In this document: positions 9,057 through 17,253 of the stretch, in pieces
Position numbering within the stretch: the first letter of the stretch is position 1
How the letters are laid out: each line of letters starts with the position of its first letter
Assembly: GCA_965224245.1 (NCBI GenBank)
Contig: OZ245046.1
Coordinates: 5,952,001-6,016,000 of the forward strand
Reading direction: 5' to 3'
From: Candidatus Eiseniibacteriota bacterium
Lineage (GTDB): Bacteria > Eisenbacteria > RBG-16-71-46 > CAZAMP01
DNA length: 64,000 bases
Position numbers and translations under genes: made by a program
Notes under the pieces: model-generated
What the model was told of the DNA's origin: nothing
The model's database searches: none
Seen by the model: the letters and a program-made list of their open reading frames with translations, nothing else

Positions 9057-9279
9057 ATGGGTGTCGTGTCTCGTGGTGCTGCTCGTGCTCGGCGCGTGCG
9101 ACTCGAGCCCGACCGAGCCGGCGCTTCGGTTCGAGCGCTGGGACCCGGACAACGAGCACCACGTCGAGGCCAAGCCGGACCGTCCGATCCGCGTGTGCAC
9201 GCAGGCCCAGATTCGCGAGTGCTACGCCGGCGGGACGAACGAGTGCTGCCCGGAAGAGGAGCCACCGAAGGACCGCTGA
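8953..9279 (+). CDS. Small Cys-containing lipoprotein with a Met/Thr-repeat leader
   Basis: AAGGAG 6 nt before ATG 8953 (in-frame ATG 8938 overlaps the upstream stop as ATGA). Lipobox VLGAC; 4 Cys near the C-terminus. Confidence 0.65.
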   Translation: MTGTMTETTMAGTSMTKARTAKATMTKAMTRATMRWVSCLVVLLVLGACDSSPTEPALRFERWDPDNEHHVEAKPDRPIRVCTQAQIRECYAGGTNECCPEEEPPKDR

Positions 9280-9321
9280 CGGGTCTCCCGCTCGGGCACG
9301 CGCCGCCCGACGGGGGCCGCG

Positions 9322-10530
9322 CTAGCGTCCCTGTCTGTCTCGCAGGAGAACGTCCGGCCCCCGGAAGTTCGCCAGGTAGACGACTCTCTGATCCCCCAGC
9401 GTCAGGACCTCGACGTCGATGACGTCCACCGCGAGATCGGCCGGCACGAACCCCGAGCTCCGATCCTCCAGCCGTCCCGATCCGTCGTTCACGAGCACGC
9501 GGACCGGGCCGCCGAACGCGTTCCCGATCACGAGGTCGAGGTCCCCGTCCCGGTCCAGGTCGGCGAAGTCACCGTCCACCGAGTGCTCCTCGAGCACGGG
9601 GAGGTGCGTGGCCGAGACGTCCGTGAACACGCCCGACCCGTCGTTCAGGAGCAGCCGGTTCGCGTTCTCGGAGCCGCCCTGGAAGTCGACGTTCGCGAAG
9701 AAGAGGTCGAGATCGCCGTCGCCGTCGACGTCGCCGAGGTCCGCCTCGCGGGTCTCCTCGCGCACCCCGGATGGAACGGGGAGGCGCGCGGACGACTCGT
9801 CCGTGAAGTGCCCCCCGCCGCGATCGATCAGGATCCGGTTGTCGTCCTCGTTCGCGACCACGAGGTCCAGATCCCCGTCCGCGTCGAGATCACCGAGCTC
9901 CAGATCCTGCGTGACGTCGATGCGGTGGGGGAGGCGGTCGGCCGTCTCGTCCGCGAAGCGGCCGGTGCCGTCGTTGACGAGGAGCACGTTCTGGCCGGCG
10001 TTCCCGAGGATCAGGTCCAGGTCGCCGTCGGCGTCGAGGTCGGCGGCGACGACGGCGTTGGTGGTCCCCGCCGCCGGGAGCCGGTCGCTCGCGTTCTCGA
10101 AGTGCGCCGTGCCGTCGTTCAGGTAGTACTCGTTCCGCTGGTTGTCCTCGGTGACGAACACGACGTCGACGTCTCCGTCGCCGTCGAAGTCCGCGAGCGC
10201 GATGTCCTCCGAGTCGAGGTTCTCGTCGGGCAGACGATCGCTGGCATCCACGAAGCGGCCGGTGCCGTCGTTCAACATGAGAATGTTGGGTGCCCATTCG
10301 TTGGCGCCCACGAGATCCAGATCGCCGTCCGCGTCGAGATCGGCGGCCTCGACGTCCATGGTCCGGCCGCCCAGGGCGGTGAGGGGGAGTCGGTCGGCGG
10401 ACACGTCGGTCCACGCCGTCGCCGCCTCGTGCTCGTGGGTCGGCGCCGGCGCTCCGTCGGTCTCGCTCGCCTCGGCTCCGGCGCCGGTGCTGACGAGCAC
10501 CAGCACCGCGACGAGATCATGAACGCGCAT
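9322..10530 (-). CDS. Secreted FG-GAP/VCBS repeat beta-propeller protein
   Basis: About six D-[LFV]-D-x-D-G-D-[LV]-D repeats, each followed by L.NDG.G.F.D; signal peptide; GGAGG before ATG 10530. Confidence 0.88.
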   Translation of the reverse strand: MRVHDLVAVLVLVSTGAGAEASETDGAPAPTHEHEAATAWTDVSADRLPLTALGGRTMDVEAADLDADGDLDLVGANEWAPNILMLNDGTGRFVDASDRLPDENLDSEDIALADFDGDGDVDVVFVTEDNQRNEYYLNDGTAHFENASDRLPAAGTTNAVVAADLDADGDLDLILGNAGQNVLLVNDGTGRFADETADRLPHRIDVTQDLELGDLDADGDLDLVVANEDDNRILIDRGGGHFTDESSARLPVPSGVREETREADLGDVDGDGDLDLFFANVDFQGGSENANRLLLNDGSGVFTDVSATHLPVLEEHSVDGDFADLDRDGDLDLVIGNAFGGPVRVLVNDGSGRLEDRSSGFVPADLAVDVIDVEVLTLGDQRVVYLANFRGPDVLLRDRQGR

Positions 10531-11830
10531 CCGCACCTCCTCGCGTGATCGCCTCGGCCATCGCTTCGACCATGATCCGGTTTCCCTCCCCGTTGAAGTG
10601 ACAGCAGGTGTCCACGTACAGCGTCGCGTTCGACCCCGAGAACACGCCGCTGAGGTCGTGGAACTCGACGCCCTCGGCCATCAGGCGTTGCCCCGCCTCC
10701 CGGAGGAGCGGATACCCGGCCTCGACCGCCGGCTTGTAGGGGCTCTCGACGTCGAACGCGAGCGCCTCCTCGTCGGACGACAGGGGCTTCGAGCCCGGGT
10801 CGTACTGGTTCGGCTGAAGCACGTGGACGTACCGGATGCCGTGTGCCTCGCAGATTGCATGCAGCTGCATCGAGCATCGCTCCCAGACCGCCACGCACTC
10901 GGGCACGAGCTCCTCGGCCGGCAGGTGCATCCGCGCGGACGAGCGGATGAACCACGGGACCTCGTCTCCGGAGAGATCCTGCAGCGCCCAGGCGTACTCG
11001 GAGATCCGGCGCTCGAGCTCCCGGTCGTCGGCTCGCCGGATCAGCTTCGCGATCGGGGAGAACGACCAGAAGGACCGGTGAAACCGCTCGAGCCTCACCG
11101 CGCGCTCGTCCTTCAGATACGCGATCGCGCCGAGCGCGTTGCGCACACGCGCATCGGGAACGTCCAGCGCGACCATGCTCCAGTTCATCGGGAAGAGCGG
11201 GTGAAGGCCCTGGGGGGCGTTCAGCACCGCCGGCACCGCCACCTCGTTGAAGCCGTCGAGGTTGATCACCAGGTCGAACTCGCCGCCCTGAGCCAGCACG
11301 TACGCCAGCTGAATGACCTGCTGCGGCTGGTGATAGCCGGGCATCCCCAGCCACACGAAGTCCAGCTCCAGATCCTCGAAGCCGGGCTGCCGCCCGAGCG
11401 CATCGGCCAGGAGCCGGGTGTGCCACGTCCCGAGCTGCCCGGCCACGGAGCCTCCGGTGACCCCGACCACGAGCCGTCCCTCGGCGCGCTCTCGCAGCGC
11501 GGGCTTCGCGTCGAGGAAGCCGTCCTCGCTGACCGGGATCGCCGCCGGCCCCGGCGTCTCCCGCTCCTCGTTCGGCCAGAAGACGTAGCCGAGATAGGGA
11601 TGGAGCGCCATCGACGGGTCCCGGAAGCCGAGCCCCGCCCGCTCGCGTCCCGGCTTCATGTCGGGGGTGCCGAGCGAGTCGGTGAGACTGTCGGCCGGTG
11701 CGGGCGTCTCGTCGGTGGACCGCGAGGGGAGCGGCACCTCCGGCCGGTAGAGGAGCTGGACGCTCGTTTCGAGAAGGACGTACGCGGCGAGCAGCACCGC
11801 GATCGCCAGGCCGATCCCCTTCGTGGACAT
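10517..11830 (-). CDS. Membrane-anchored SGNH/GDSL-hydrolase-like protein
   Basis: N-terminal TM; blocks GVTGGSVA, NLDGFNE, LQPNQY and YVDTCCHFNGEGN; GGAGG upstream of ATG 11830. Confidence 0.7.
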   Translation of the reverse strand: MSTKGIGLAIAVLLAAYVLLETSVQLLYRPEVPLPSRSTDETPAPADSLTDSLGTPDMKPGRERAGLGFRDPSMALHPYLGYVFWPNEERETPGPAAIPVSEDGFLDAKPALRERAEGRLVVGVTGGSVAGQLGTWHTRLLADALGRQPGFEDLELDFVWLGMPGYHQPQQVIQLAYVLAQGGEFDLVINLDGFNEVAVPAVLNAPQGLHPLFPMNWSMVALDVPDARVRNALGAIAYLKDERAVRLERFHRSFWSFSPIAKLIRRADDRELERRISEYAWALQDLSGDEVPWFIRSSARMHLPAEELVPECVAVWERCSMQLHAICEAHGIRYVHVLQPNQYDPGSKPLSSDEEALAFDVESPYKPAVEAGYPLLREAGQRLMAEGVEFHDLSGVFSGSNATLYVDTCCHFNGEGNRIMVEAMAEAITRGGADARS

Positions 11831-11918
11831 CACCCGTGCCTCCGTGTTCTCGGGGTCGTGGGACTGTGTGGCCACGGCGATGTCGCGAGGATCGGTCGGA
11901 CTTCGTCGCGGCTGATTG

Positions 11919-11963
11919 TGACCATGGTCATTTATTGACTACGGTCATAGTAGACGGTAGGGT
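11919..11963. promoter_or_regulatory. Tandem TetR-type operators TGAC-N4-GTCA overlapping a sigma70-like promoter
   Basis: TGACCATGGTCA (11919-11930, perfect palindrome) and TGACTACGGTCA (11936-11947). TTGACT(11935)-17 nt-TAGGGT(11958) points at tetR. Confidence 0.75.
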
Positions 11964-12081
11964 TTCACGCATCAACCGGGCCCGCGGGGGATCGCCCCCG
12001 GGCCGAGCACCCCGGGATCCTCGTCGTGGCCGGGCGGAGGGCCGCCGTCCGGTCGGCCGGACACGAAGGGAGGACTCCGAC

Positions 12082-12744
12082 ATGGCGCCGAACGATCCCG
12101 ACCGCTCCGACCGCTCCGACCGCCCCGACACGGCGCCCGACGCCCCGGGCGCCCGGCGCCGCCGGCGACGAGCGAAGCTCAAGGCCGAGATCTTCGAGGC
12201 GGCCATGACCCTCTTCGCCGAGAAGGGCTACGACCACGTCACCGTGGACGAGATCGCGGCGGCCGCCGAGATCGCCAAGGGGACGTTCTTCAACTACTTC
12301 CCGACCAAGGAGCACGTGCTCGTGGAGTACCGCCACGCGCTCCTGGACGACGCTCACGCCTACGGCGCGTCCCTCGACGGCGACTCCGCGCGTGAGCTCG
12401 TGAAGGCGTTCCATCGCCGGCTCGCGCGCAACGTGTGCGCGGAGGGCTCGCGCTACGACATGGTCCTCAGGGAGGTCGTGGCCCGGCCGCATCTGATCGC
12501 GCACGACCGGGAGTACCAGGGGCGGTATCGACCCTACTTCGAGCGCTTCATCGCGATCGGAAAGCGATCCGGCGAGATCCCGGCGGACTGCGACCCGGGG
12601 CTGTTGATGGAGACGCTGCGCGACCTCTGGACCGGCACCAGCATCACGTGGATGCTGGAGGCGCCCGACGAGCCGCTGGAGACGCTCGTCGACCGCAAGA
12701 TCGACTTCGTCTTCGACCTTCTCGACACCCGCGCGCGGAAATGA
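12082..12744 (+). CDS. TetR/AcrR family transcriptional regulator
   Basis: HTH signature LFAEKGYDHVTVDEIAAAAEIAKGTFFNYFPTKE; GGGAGG before ATG 12082. Confidence 0.93.
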   Translation: MAPNDPDRSDRSDRPDTAPDAPGARRRRRRAKLKAEIFEAAMTLFAEKGYDHVTVDEIAAAAEIAKGTFFNYFPTKEHVLVEYRHALLDDAHAYGASLDGDSARELVKAFHRRLARNVCAEGSRYDMVLREVVARPHLIAHDREYQGRYRPYFERFIAIGKRSGEIPADCDPGLLMETLRDLWTGTSITWMLEAPDEPLETLVDRKIDFVFDLLDTRARK

Positions 12745-12873
12745 CCGATCCTGCCGCCGGCGCGCGCGATCGACGCGGCCGGATTCCGCACCGTGATAGA
12801 GTGACCGCGCGGTCCACGATCGTCGACCGTGGCCCCTCGGTCCTCGAGGAGACGCAGCGGATGGAGGTGCGCG

Positions 12874-13824
12874 CTGACGCACGCTCGCAGAATCTCGACC
12901 CGCGCCACGCGGGTGGTCGTCGTCGCCATCGGGCTCGTGGGTCTGGTCGTGGCATCGCCCTCGTCGCCGGTGCGGCATCCGCCCGCCGGGCGCATCGTGG
13001 CCATCGGCGACCTCCACGGCGACCTGGACGCGACGTTCCGCGCGCTGAGGCTGGCCGGCGCCATCGACGATCACTGGCGCTGGATCGGCGGGGAGCTGGT
13101 CGTGGTTCAGACCGGCGACCAGCTCGACCGCGGAGGCCAGGAGCAGGAGATCCTGGACCGGCTCGACACGCTGGCCAGCGATGCCCGCGCGCACGGTGGC
13201 GCGGTGCACGTGCTCAACGGCAACCACGAGCTCATGAACGTCGCGCTCGATCTACGCTACGTGACCCCCGAGGGCTTCGCCGACTTCGAGGACGCCGTAT
13301 CGGTGGGCGACGCGGACTCGACCCTCGCGGCGTTCGAGCCCGACCAGCGGGCGCGGGTGGTGGCGTTCCGGCCCGGCGGGCCCTACGCCCGGCACCTGGC
13401 GAACCAGCCGATCGCGATCATCGTCGGGCGAAGCCTCTTCGTGCACGGGGGCATCGATGCCGAGAACGTGGCCCACGGCCTGGATCGCATCAACGCCGAG
13501 TCTCGGCGGTGGCTCCTCGGCGAGGGACCGAAGCCGGAGTGGGTGAACGGTGAGCACAGCCCGGTCTGGTCGCGCCGCTTCTCGGACGAGGTCGACGACG
13601 AGGACTGCGATCGGCTCGCCGACGTCCTCGAGCTCCTCGACGTCGATCGGATGATCGTGGGGCACACGGTGCAGGAGGAGGGCATCAACTCCTTCTGTGG
13701 CCGGCGTGTCTGGTGTATCGACGTGGGGCTCGCCGCGGCATACGGCGGGCGCCTCCAGATTCTCGAGATCGTGGGGGACGAGGTGCGGGTGATCGAGGCC
13801 GCCGAGAACGAGTCCGGACACTAG
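12874..13824 (+). CDS. Calcineurin-like metallophosphoesterase, Shewanella-like phosphatase (Shelph) type, probably exported
   Basis: Motifs GDLHGD, TGDQLDRG, GNHE, FVHGG, VGHT and IDVG. Start uncertain: GTG 12829, or CTG 12874 behind GGAGGTG. Confidence 0.88.
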   Translation: MTHARRISTRATRVVVVAIGLVGLVVASPSSPVRHPPAGRIVAIGDLHGDLDATFRALRLAGAIDDHWRWIGGELVVVQTGDQLDRGGQEQEILDRLDTLASDARAHGGAVHVLNGNHELMNVALDLRYVTPEGFADFEDAVSVGDADSTLAAFEPDQRARVVAFRPGGPYARHLANQPIAIIVGRSLFVHGGIDAENVAHGLDRINAESRRWLLGEGPKPEWVNGEHSPVWSRRFSDEVDDEDCDRLADVLELLDVDRMIVGHTVQEEGINSFCGRRVWCIDVGLAAAYGGRLQILEIVGDEVRVIEAAENESGH

Positions 13825-13923
13825 CCGAGCGCTCGCCCGTCCCCGGCACGACCTCGCGCGGACGACGGGCACGCTCTGCGTTCGCGCGCCCCGGTTCGTG
13901 CGGGGCGGAAGGGAGCGAATCAC

Positions 13924-14097
13924 ATGCAGACGTCGACGTTTCTCGTGCTCTGGGGGAGCCCGGTGGGGCTCGCGCTGTTCTTCGCCGGCCTCGGCGTGCT
14001 CCTGTGGGGCGTGAGCAAGCTGAAGCAGAGTGAGATCGCCGAGGCGCGCATGAAGCACGAGCAGCACGCGACCGGCTCGGGCGGCTCCGGAGCCTGA
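13924..14097 (+). CDS. 57-aa single-pass membrane protein, absent from the ORF track
   Basis: GGAAGGGAG then ATG 13924; MQTSTFLVLWGSPVGLALFFAGLGVLLWGVSKLKQSEIAEARMKHEQHATGSGGSGA*; host-like codon usage; fills the intergenic gap. Confidence 0.75.
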   Translation: MQTSTFLVLWGSPVGLALFFAGLGVLLWGVSKLKQSEIAEARMKHEQHATGSGGSGA

Positions 14098-14105
14098 GGC
14101 GACCG

Positions 14106-14975
14106 GTGGTCAGCATCGACGCACCGCTCGTCCGTCGACTGGTGGCGTCGCAGTTTCCCCGGTGGGCCGATCTGCCGGTCACGCCCGTCGAGCCCGGCGG
14201 CTGGGACAACCGGACGTTCCGGCTCGGCCGGGAAATGTCGGTGCGGCTGCCGAGCGCCGAGCGCTACGCGGCACAGGTGGCGACGGAGCATCAGTGGCTC
14301 CCGCGTCTGGCGCCCTCGCTGCCGCTCCCGATCCCGGTTCCGATCGCGCACGGGACGCCGGCGGAAGGCTACCCGTGGAGCTGGTCGGTGTACCGCTGGC
14401 TCGACGGCCGGAGCGCGGCGATCGCCCCCGTCGGCGATCTCACCCGGCTCGCGAGGGCGCTCGCCCGGTTCCTGACCGCGCTTCGGCGAATCGACGCCAC
14501 CGGCGGCCCGCGTCCGGGACCCCGCAACTTCCACCGTGGCGGGTCCCTGTCCACCTACGACGCCGAGGCCCGGGGCGCGATGCGCGCGCTCGGCGGATCC
14601 CTCGACACGACCCGCGCGCGACGGATCTGGGACGTCTCGCTCGACTCGTCTTGGAGCGAGCCTCCGGTCTGGGTTCACGGTGACGTGAGCCCCGGAAACC
14701 TGCTCGTGCGAGGAGGGCGACTGAGCGCGGTCATCGACTTCGGGTGTCTGGGCGTGGGTGATCCCGCGTGCGATCTCGCGATCGCGTGGACGTTCCTGAC
14801 CCCCGAGAGCCGGCGCGCGTTCCGGGCCGCGCTGGCGGTGGACGATGCCACGTGGCGTCGCGGGCGGGGGTGGGCGCTGTGGAAGGCAATGATCACGCTG
14901 GCCGACCCGTCGAGCTCCCGCACCGGCGCCGAGCAGGCCCGGCACACGATCACGGCCGTGCTGGCCGCGAGCTAG
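14106..14975 (+). CDS. Aminoglycoside phosphotransferase (APH/choline kinase)-family protein
   Basis: GWDNRTFRLG, VRLP, Brenner motif WVHGDVSPGNLL, VIDFG, GDPACDLA. Confidence 0.9.
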   Translation: MVSIDAPLVRRLVASQFPRWADLPVTPVEPGGWDNRTFRLGREMSVRLPSAERYAAQVATEHQWLPRLAPSLPLPIPVPIAHGTPAEGYPWSWSVYRWLDGRSAAIAPVGDLTRLARALARFLTALRRIDATGGPRPGPRNFHRGGSLSTYDAEARGAMRALGGSLDTTRARRIWDVSLDSSWSEPPVWVHGDVSPGNLLVRGGRLSAVIDFGCLGVGDPACDLAIAWTFLTPESRRAFRAALAVDDATWRRGRGWALWKAMITLADPSSSRTGAEQARHTITAVLAAS

Positions 14976-14990
14976 GATCGGGGAGCTCGG

Positions 14991-16031
14991 CTACGCGGAC
15001 GCGCCGCGCTCGCCGTCGTCCTCGGGGTGCAGCTCCTCCACCTCGGGACGCTCGCGCTCGGCCGAGAAGAAGATCACGATCTCGCCGATGAGCCCGGTCG
15101 ACGTCACCTGAACGCCCAGCAGCACCAGCAGCACCCCGAGCAGCAGCAGCGGGCGATCGGCCAGCGCGTTCTGCCCGATCAGGCGGCTGTAGGCCAGGTA
15201 GGCACAGATCACCGCACCCACGATCCCCACCGTCATGCCGATGAGCCCGAAGAAGCGGAGCGGCTTCGACGTGAACCGGGTCAGGAAGAACAGCTGCAGG
15301 ATGTCGAGCAGCCGCCGCGCATAGACGCCCGGTGGGAACACGCGCGCGCTCATGTCCGCCTGCTGCTGGGCGCCGGGGATCTCGGTGATCCGGAAGCCCT
15401 TGCGAGCCGCGAGGATCGGAATGAAGCGGTGGAGATCTCCGTAGAGGTCGAGCTTCCGGGCGGCATCACGGGTGAAGCCGCGCATGCCGCAGCTCATGTC
15501 CTTGAACGTCTGGTCGTAGATGTTTCGGCTCAGCAGGTGGAAGAGCGCGGACTGCAGCCGGTTGACCATCGCGTCACGCCGCGGGTGCCGGTGCGTCAAG
15601 ACGACCTCGTGCCCCTCGTCGAGCTTCTCCAGGACCGCGCCGGTGATTCCCGGGTCGATCTGGAATCGATCGGGGATGGTCAGCACGTAGGCGCCGCGCG
15701 CGTGCTCGAAGGCGTACTGAAGCCCCGCCGCCTCGTCATAGCCGCGCGGCATGCGCAGGATGCGCACCGGAAACTCCGGCTCGTCGATGCGCGCGATGCT
15801 GGCCTCGGCGTTCGCGTCACGGCCGTTCAGCACGTACAGGAACTCGGCCTTGCGGCCCGAGCTCGAGATCTCCTCGCGGTACGCCGCGTGCACGGCGGCC
15901 AGATCGCCGGCGTAGCGACCCGGAGAGCAGACGACGCTCACGTCGATCCGCTCGGCGGCGTCGGTCAATGCCCGCGGCGACTTCGACCCGTCGGGCATGT
16001 TGGTCTCGGCCGACGACGCGGAGGCGCTCAT
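14991..16031 (-). CDS. GT2 ArnC/GtrB-like glycosyltransferase paralog with degenerate catalytic motifs
   Basis: Retains D..CG.RGF.R, LYGDLHRFIP, KPLRFFG and GLIGE with two C-terminal TMs. DDGS is replaced by LNGR and the DxD by IPDRF. Confidence 0.8.
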   Translation of the reverse strand: MSASASSAETNMPDGSKSPRALTDAAERIDVSVVCSPGRYAGDLAAVHAAYREEISSSGRKAEFLYVLNGRDANAEASIARIDEPEFPVRILRMPRGYDEAAGLQYAFEHARGAYVLTIPDRFQIDPGITGAVLEKLDEGHEVVLTHRHPRRDAMVNRLQSALFHLLSRNIYDQTFKDMSCGMRGFTRDAARKLDLYGDLHRFIPILAARKGFRITEIPGAQQQADMSARVFPPGVYARRLLDILQLFFLTRFTSKPLRFFGLIGMTVGIVGAVICAYLAYSRLIGQNALADRPLLLLGVLLVLLGVQVTSTGLIGEIVIFFSAERERPEVEELHPEDDGERGASA

Positions 16032-17023
16032 GATGCCTCCCGATCGTCATGCGGGCGCATCAGCCGCTCGGATGCGGCCAGGACCGTGGACAGGCGCTTC
16101 AGGCTGCGTCGATCGGCTCGCGCCAGCAGCAGCTCGCCCAGCGTGGACAGCGCCATCAGGTGCCCGAAGAGATAGAGGAACATGACGGCGAGCGACGGCG
16201 CGACGATCGACGGCGCGGCGGTCTCGTCGAACCACCGTCCGCTGACCCACAGAAGCGCCGTGATCACGCCGAGCATGAGGAACGGTCCGGCCAGGATGGC
16301 GAACCAGAGGCCGGGATGGCTGGAGAACCGCGTCAGCATCTTGATCACGACCATGTCCGCGAGGACCTTGAACGTGCGCGAGATCCCGTATTTGCTGCGG
16401 CCGTGCACGCGTGCGTGATGCCGTACCACGACCTCGTCGATCCGCGCCCCGGCCATCGACGAGAGCGCCGGAAGAAAGCGATGCATGTCCGAGTAGAGCT
16501 TCACCGACTGGATCACCGACGCGCGATACGCCTTCAGCGAGCACCCGTTGTCGTGGATGTTCACGCCCGTCATCCACGCGATGAGTCGGTTCGCGATCAT
16601 CGACGGGAGCTTCCGGTTGAGAAACGTGTCCTGCCGAGACTTGCGCCAGCCGCAGACGACGTCGAAGCCGCCATTCAGCCGATCGACGAGCATCGGGATG
16701 TCGCGGGGATCGTTCTGCAAGTCGCCGTCCATGCTCACGATCACCTCGCCGCGCGACCGGGCGAAGCCGACGGCCATCGCCTGGGTCTGGCCGGCGTTTC
16801 GCTTCAAGCGGAGCACGCGGACCCGCGGGTCCTCACGTGCCGCCTCGAGCGCCGCGGGCACGGTGCGGTCCCGGCTTCCGTCGTCGATCAGAAGGAGCTC
16901 GTACGTGCGGGACCATCCGTCGAGCGCCGTCCGGACGGCCTCCACCAGCGGGCGCACGTTGTCCTCTTCGTTGTACATCGGGACGACGATGGAGACGTCG
17001 GGTGTCGGTGTCGTGCTGGACAG
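16028..17023 (-). CDS. GT2 ArnC/GtrB-like polyprenyl-phosphate glycosyltransferase
   Basis: VSIVVPMYNEE, IDDGSRD, MDGDLQNDP, HDNGCSLKAYR, MHRFLP, SKYG; two C-terminal TMs. The conserved first strand lies upstream of ATG 16978, so the start is placed at CTG 17023. Confidence 0.9.
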   Translation of the reverse strand: MSSTTPTPDVSIVVPMYNEEDNVRPLVEAVRTALDGWSRTYELLLIDDGSRDRTVPAALEAAREDPRVRVLRLKRNAGQTQAMAVGFARSRGEVIVSMDGDLQNDPRDIPMLVDRLNGGFDVVCGWRKSRQDTFLNRKLPSMIANRLIAWMTGVNIHDNGCSLKAYRASVIQSVKLYSDMHRFLPALSSMAGARIDEVVVRHHARVHGRSKYGISRTFKVLADMVVIKMLTRFSSHPGLWFAILAGPFLMLGVITALLWVSGRWFDETAAPSIVAPSLAVMFLYLFGHLMALSTLGELLLARADRRSLKRLSTVLAASERLMRPHDDREAS

Positions 17024-17253
17024 AGTCGGCCTCTCGGATCGGCGTTGGCGAGACGACGCGCCCGGTCACCCGATTCCGCGGTGGGGCGATCGGGACGAAA
17101 TCGACATGGACCTTCGTGCCACCTTGGGGTAGACGAAGAGTAGCCCGTCGGCTCCAATCCCGTACATCGGTCCGGTGCCGAGCGTTGCCGAGGATTTTCG
17201 GCCTTGCCGCGCGCGAAGGTCACCGGCGAAAGGGGACCGGAGGAGCAGCGAGC

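Noticed and set aside
6434-9265. Very long antisense/alternative-frame ORFs (also 17399-20872, 25162-27393, 33757-36024, 41746-44235, 56496-59417)
   Set aside because: Shadow ORFs expected at high GC; Arg/Pro/Gly-rich with no motifs, and they overlap genes with clear family signatures.
9322-10530. Regularly spaced nucleotide repeats resembling an array
   Set aside because: They encode FG-GAP/VCBS protein repeats and vary at synonymous positions; not CRISPR.
12098-12129. 9-nt tandem repeat (CCGACCGCT) in the tetR 5' end
   Set aside because: In-frame, about 3.5 copies in a disordered leader; no phase-variation potential.
14106-14975. Aminoglycoside resistance gene
   Set aside because: Only the generic APH/choline-kinase fold motifs are visible; substrate cannot be inferred.
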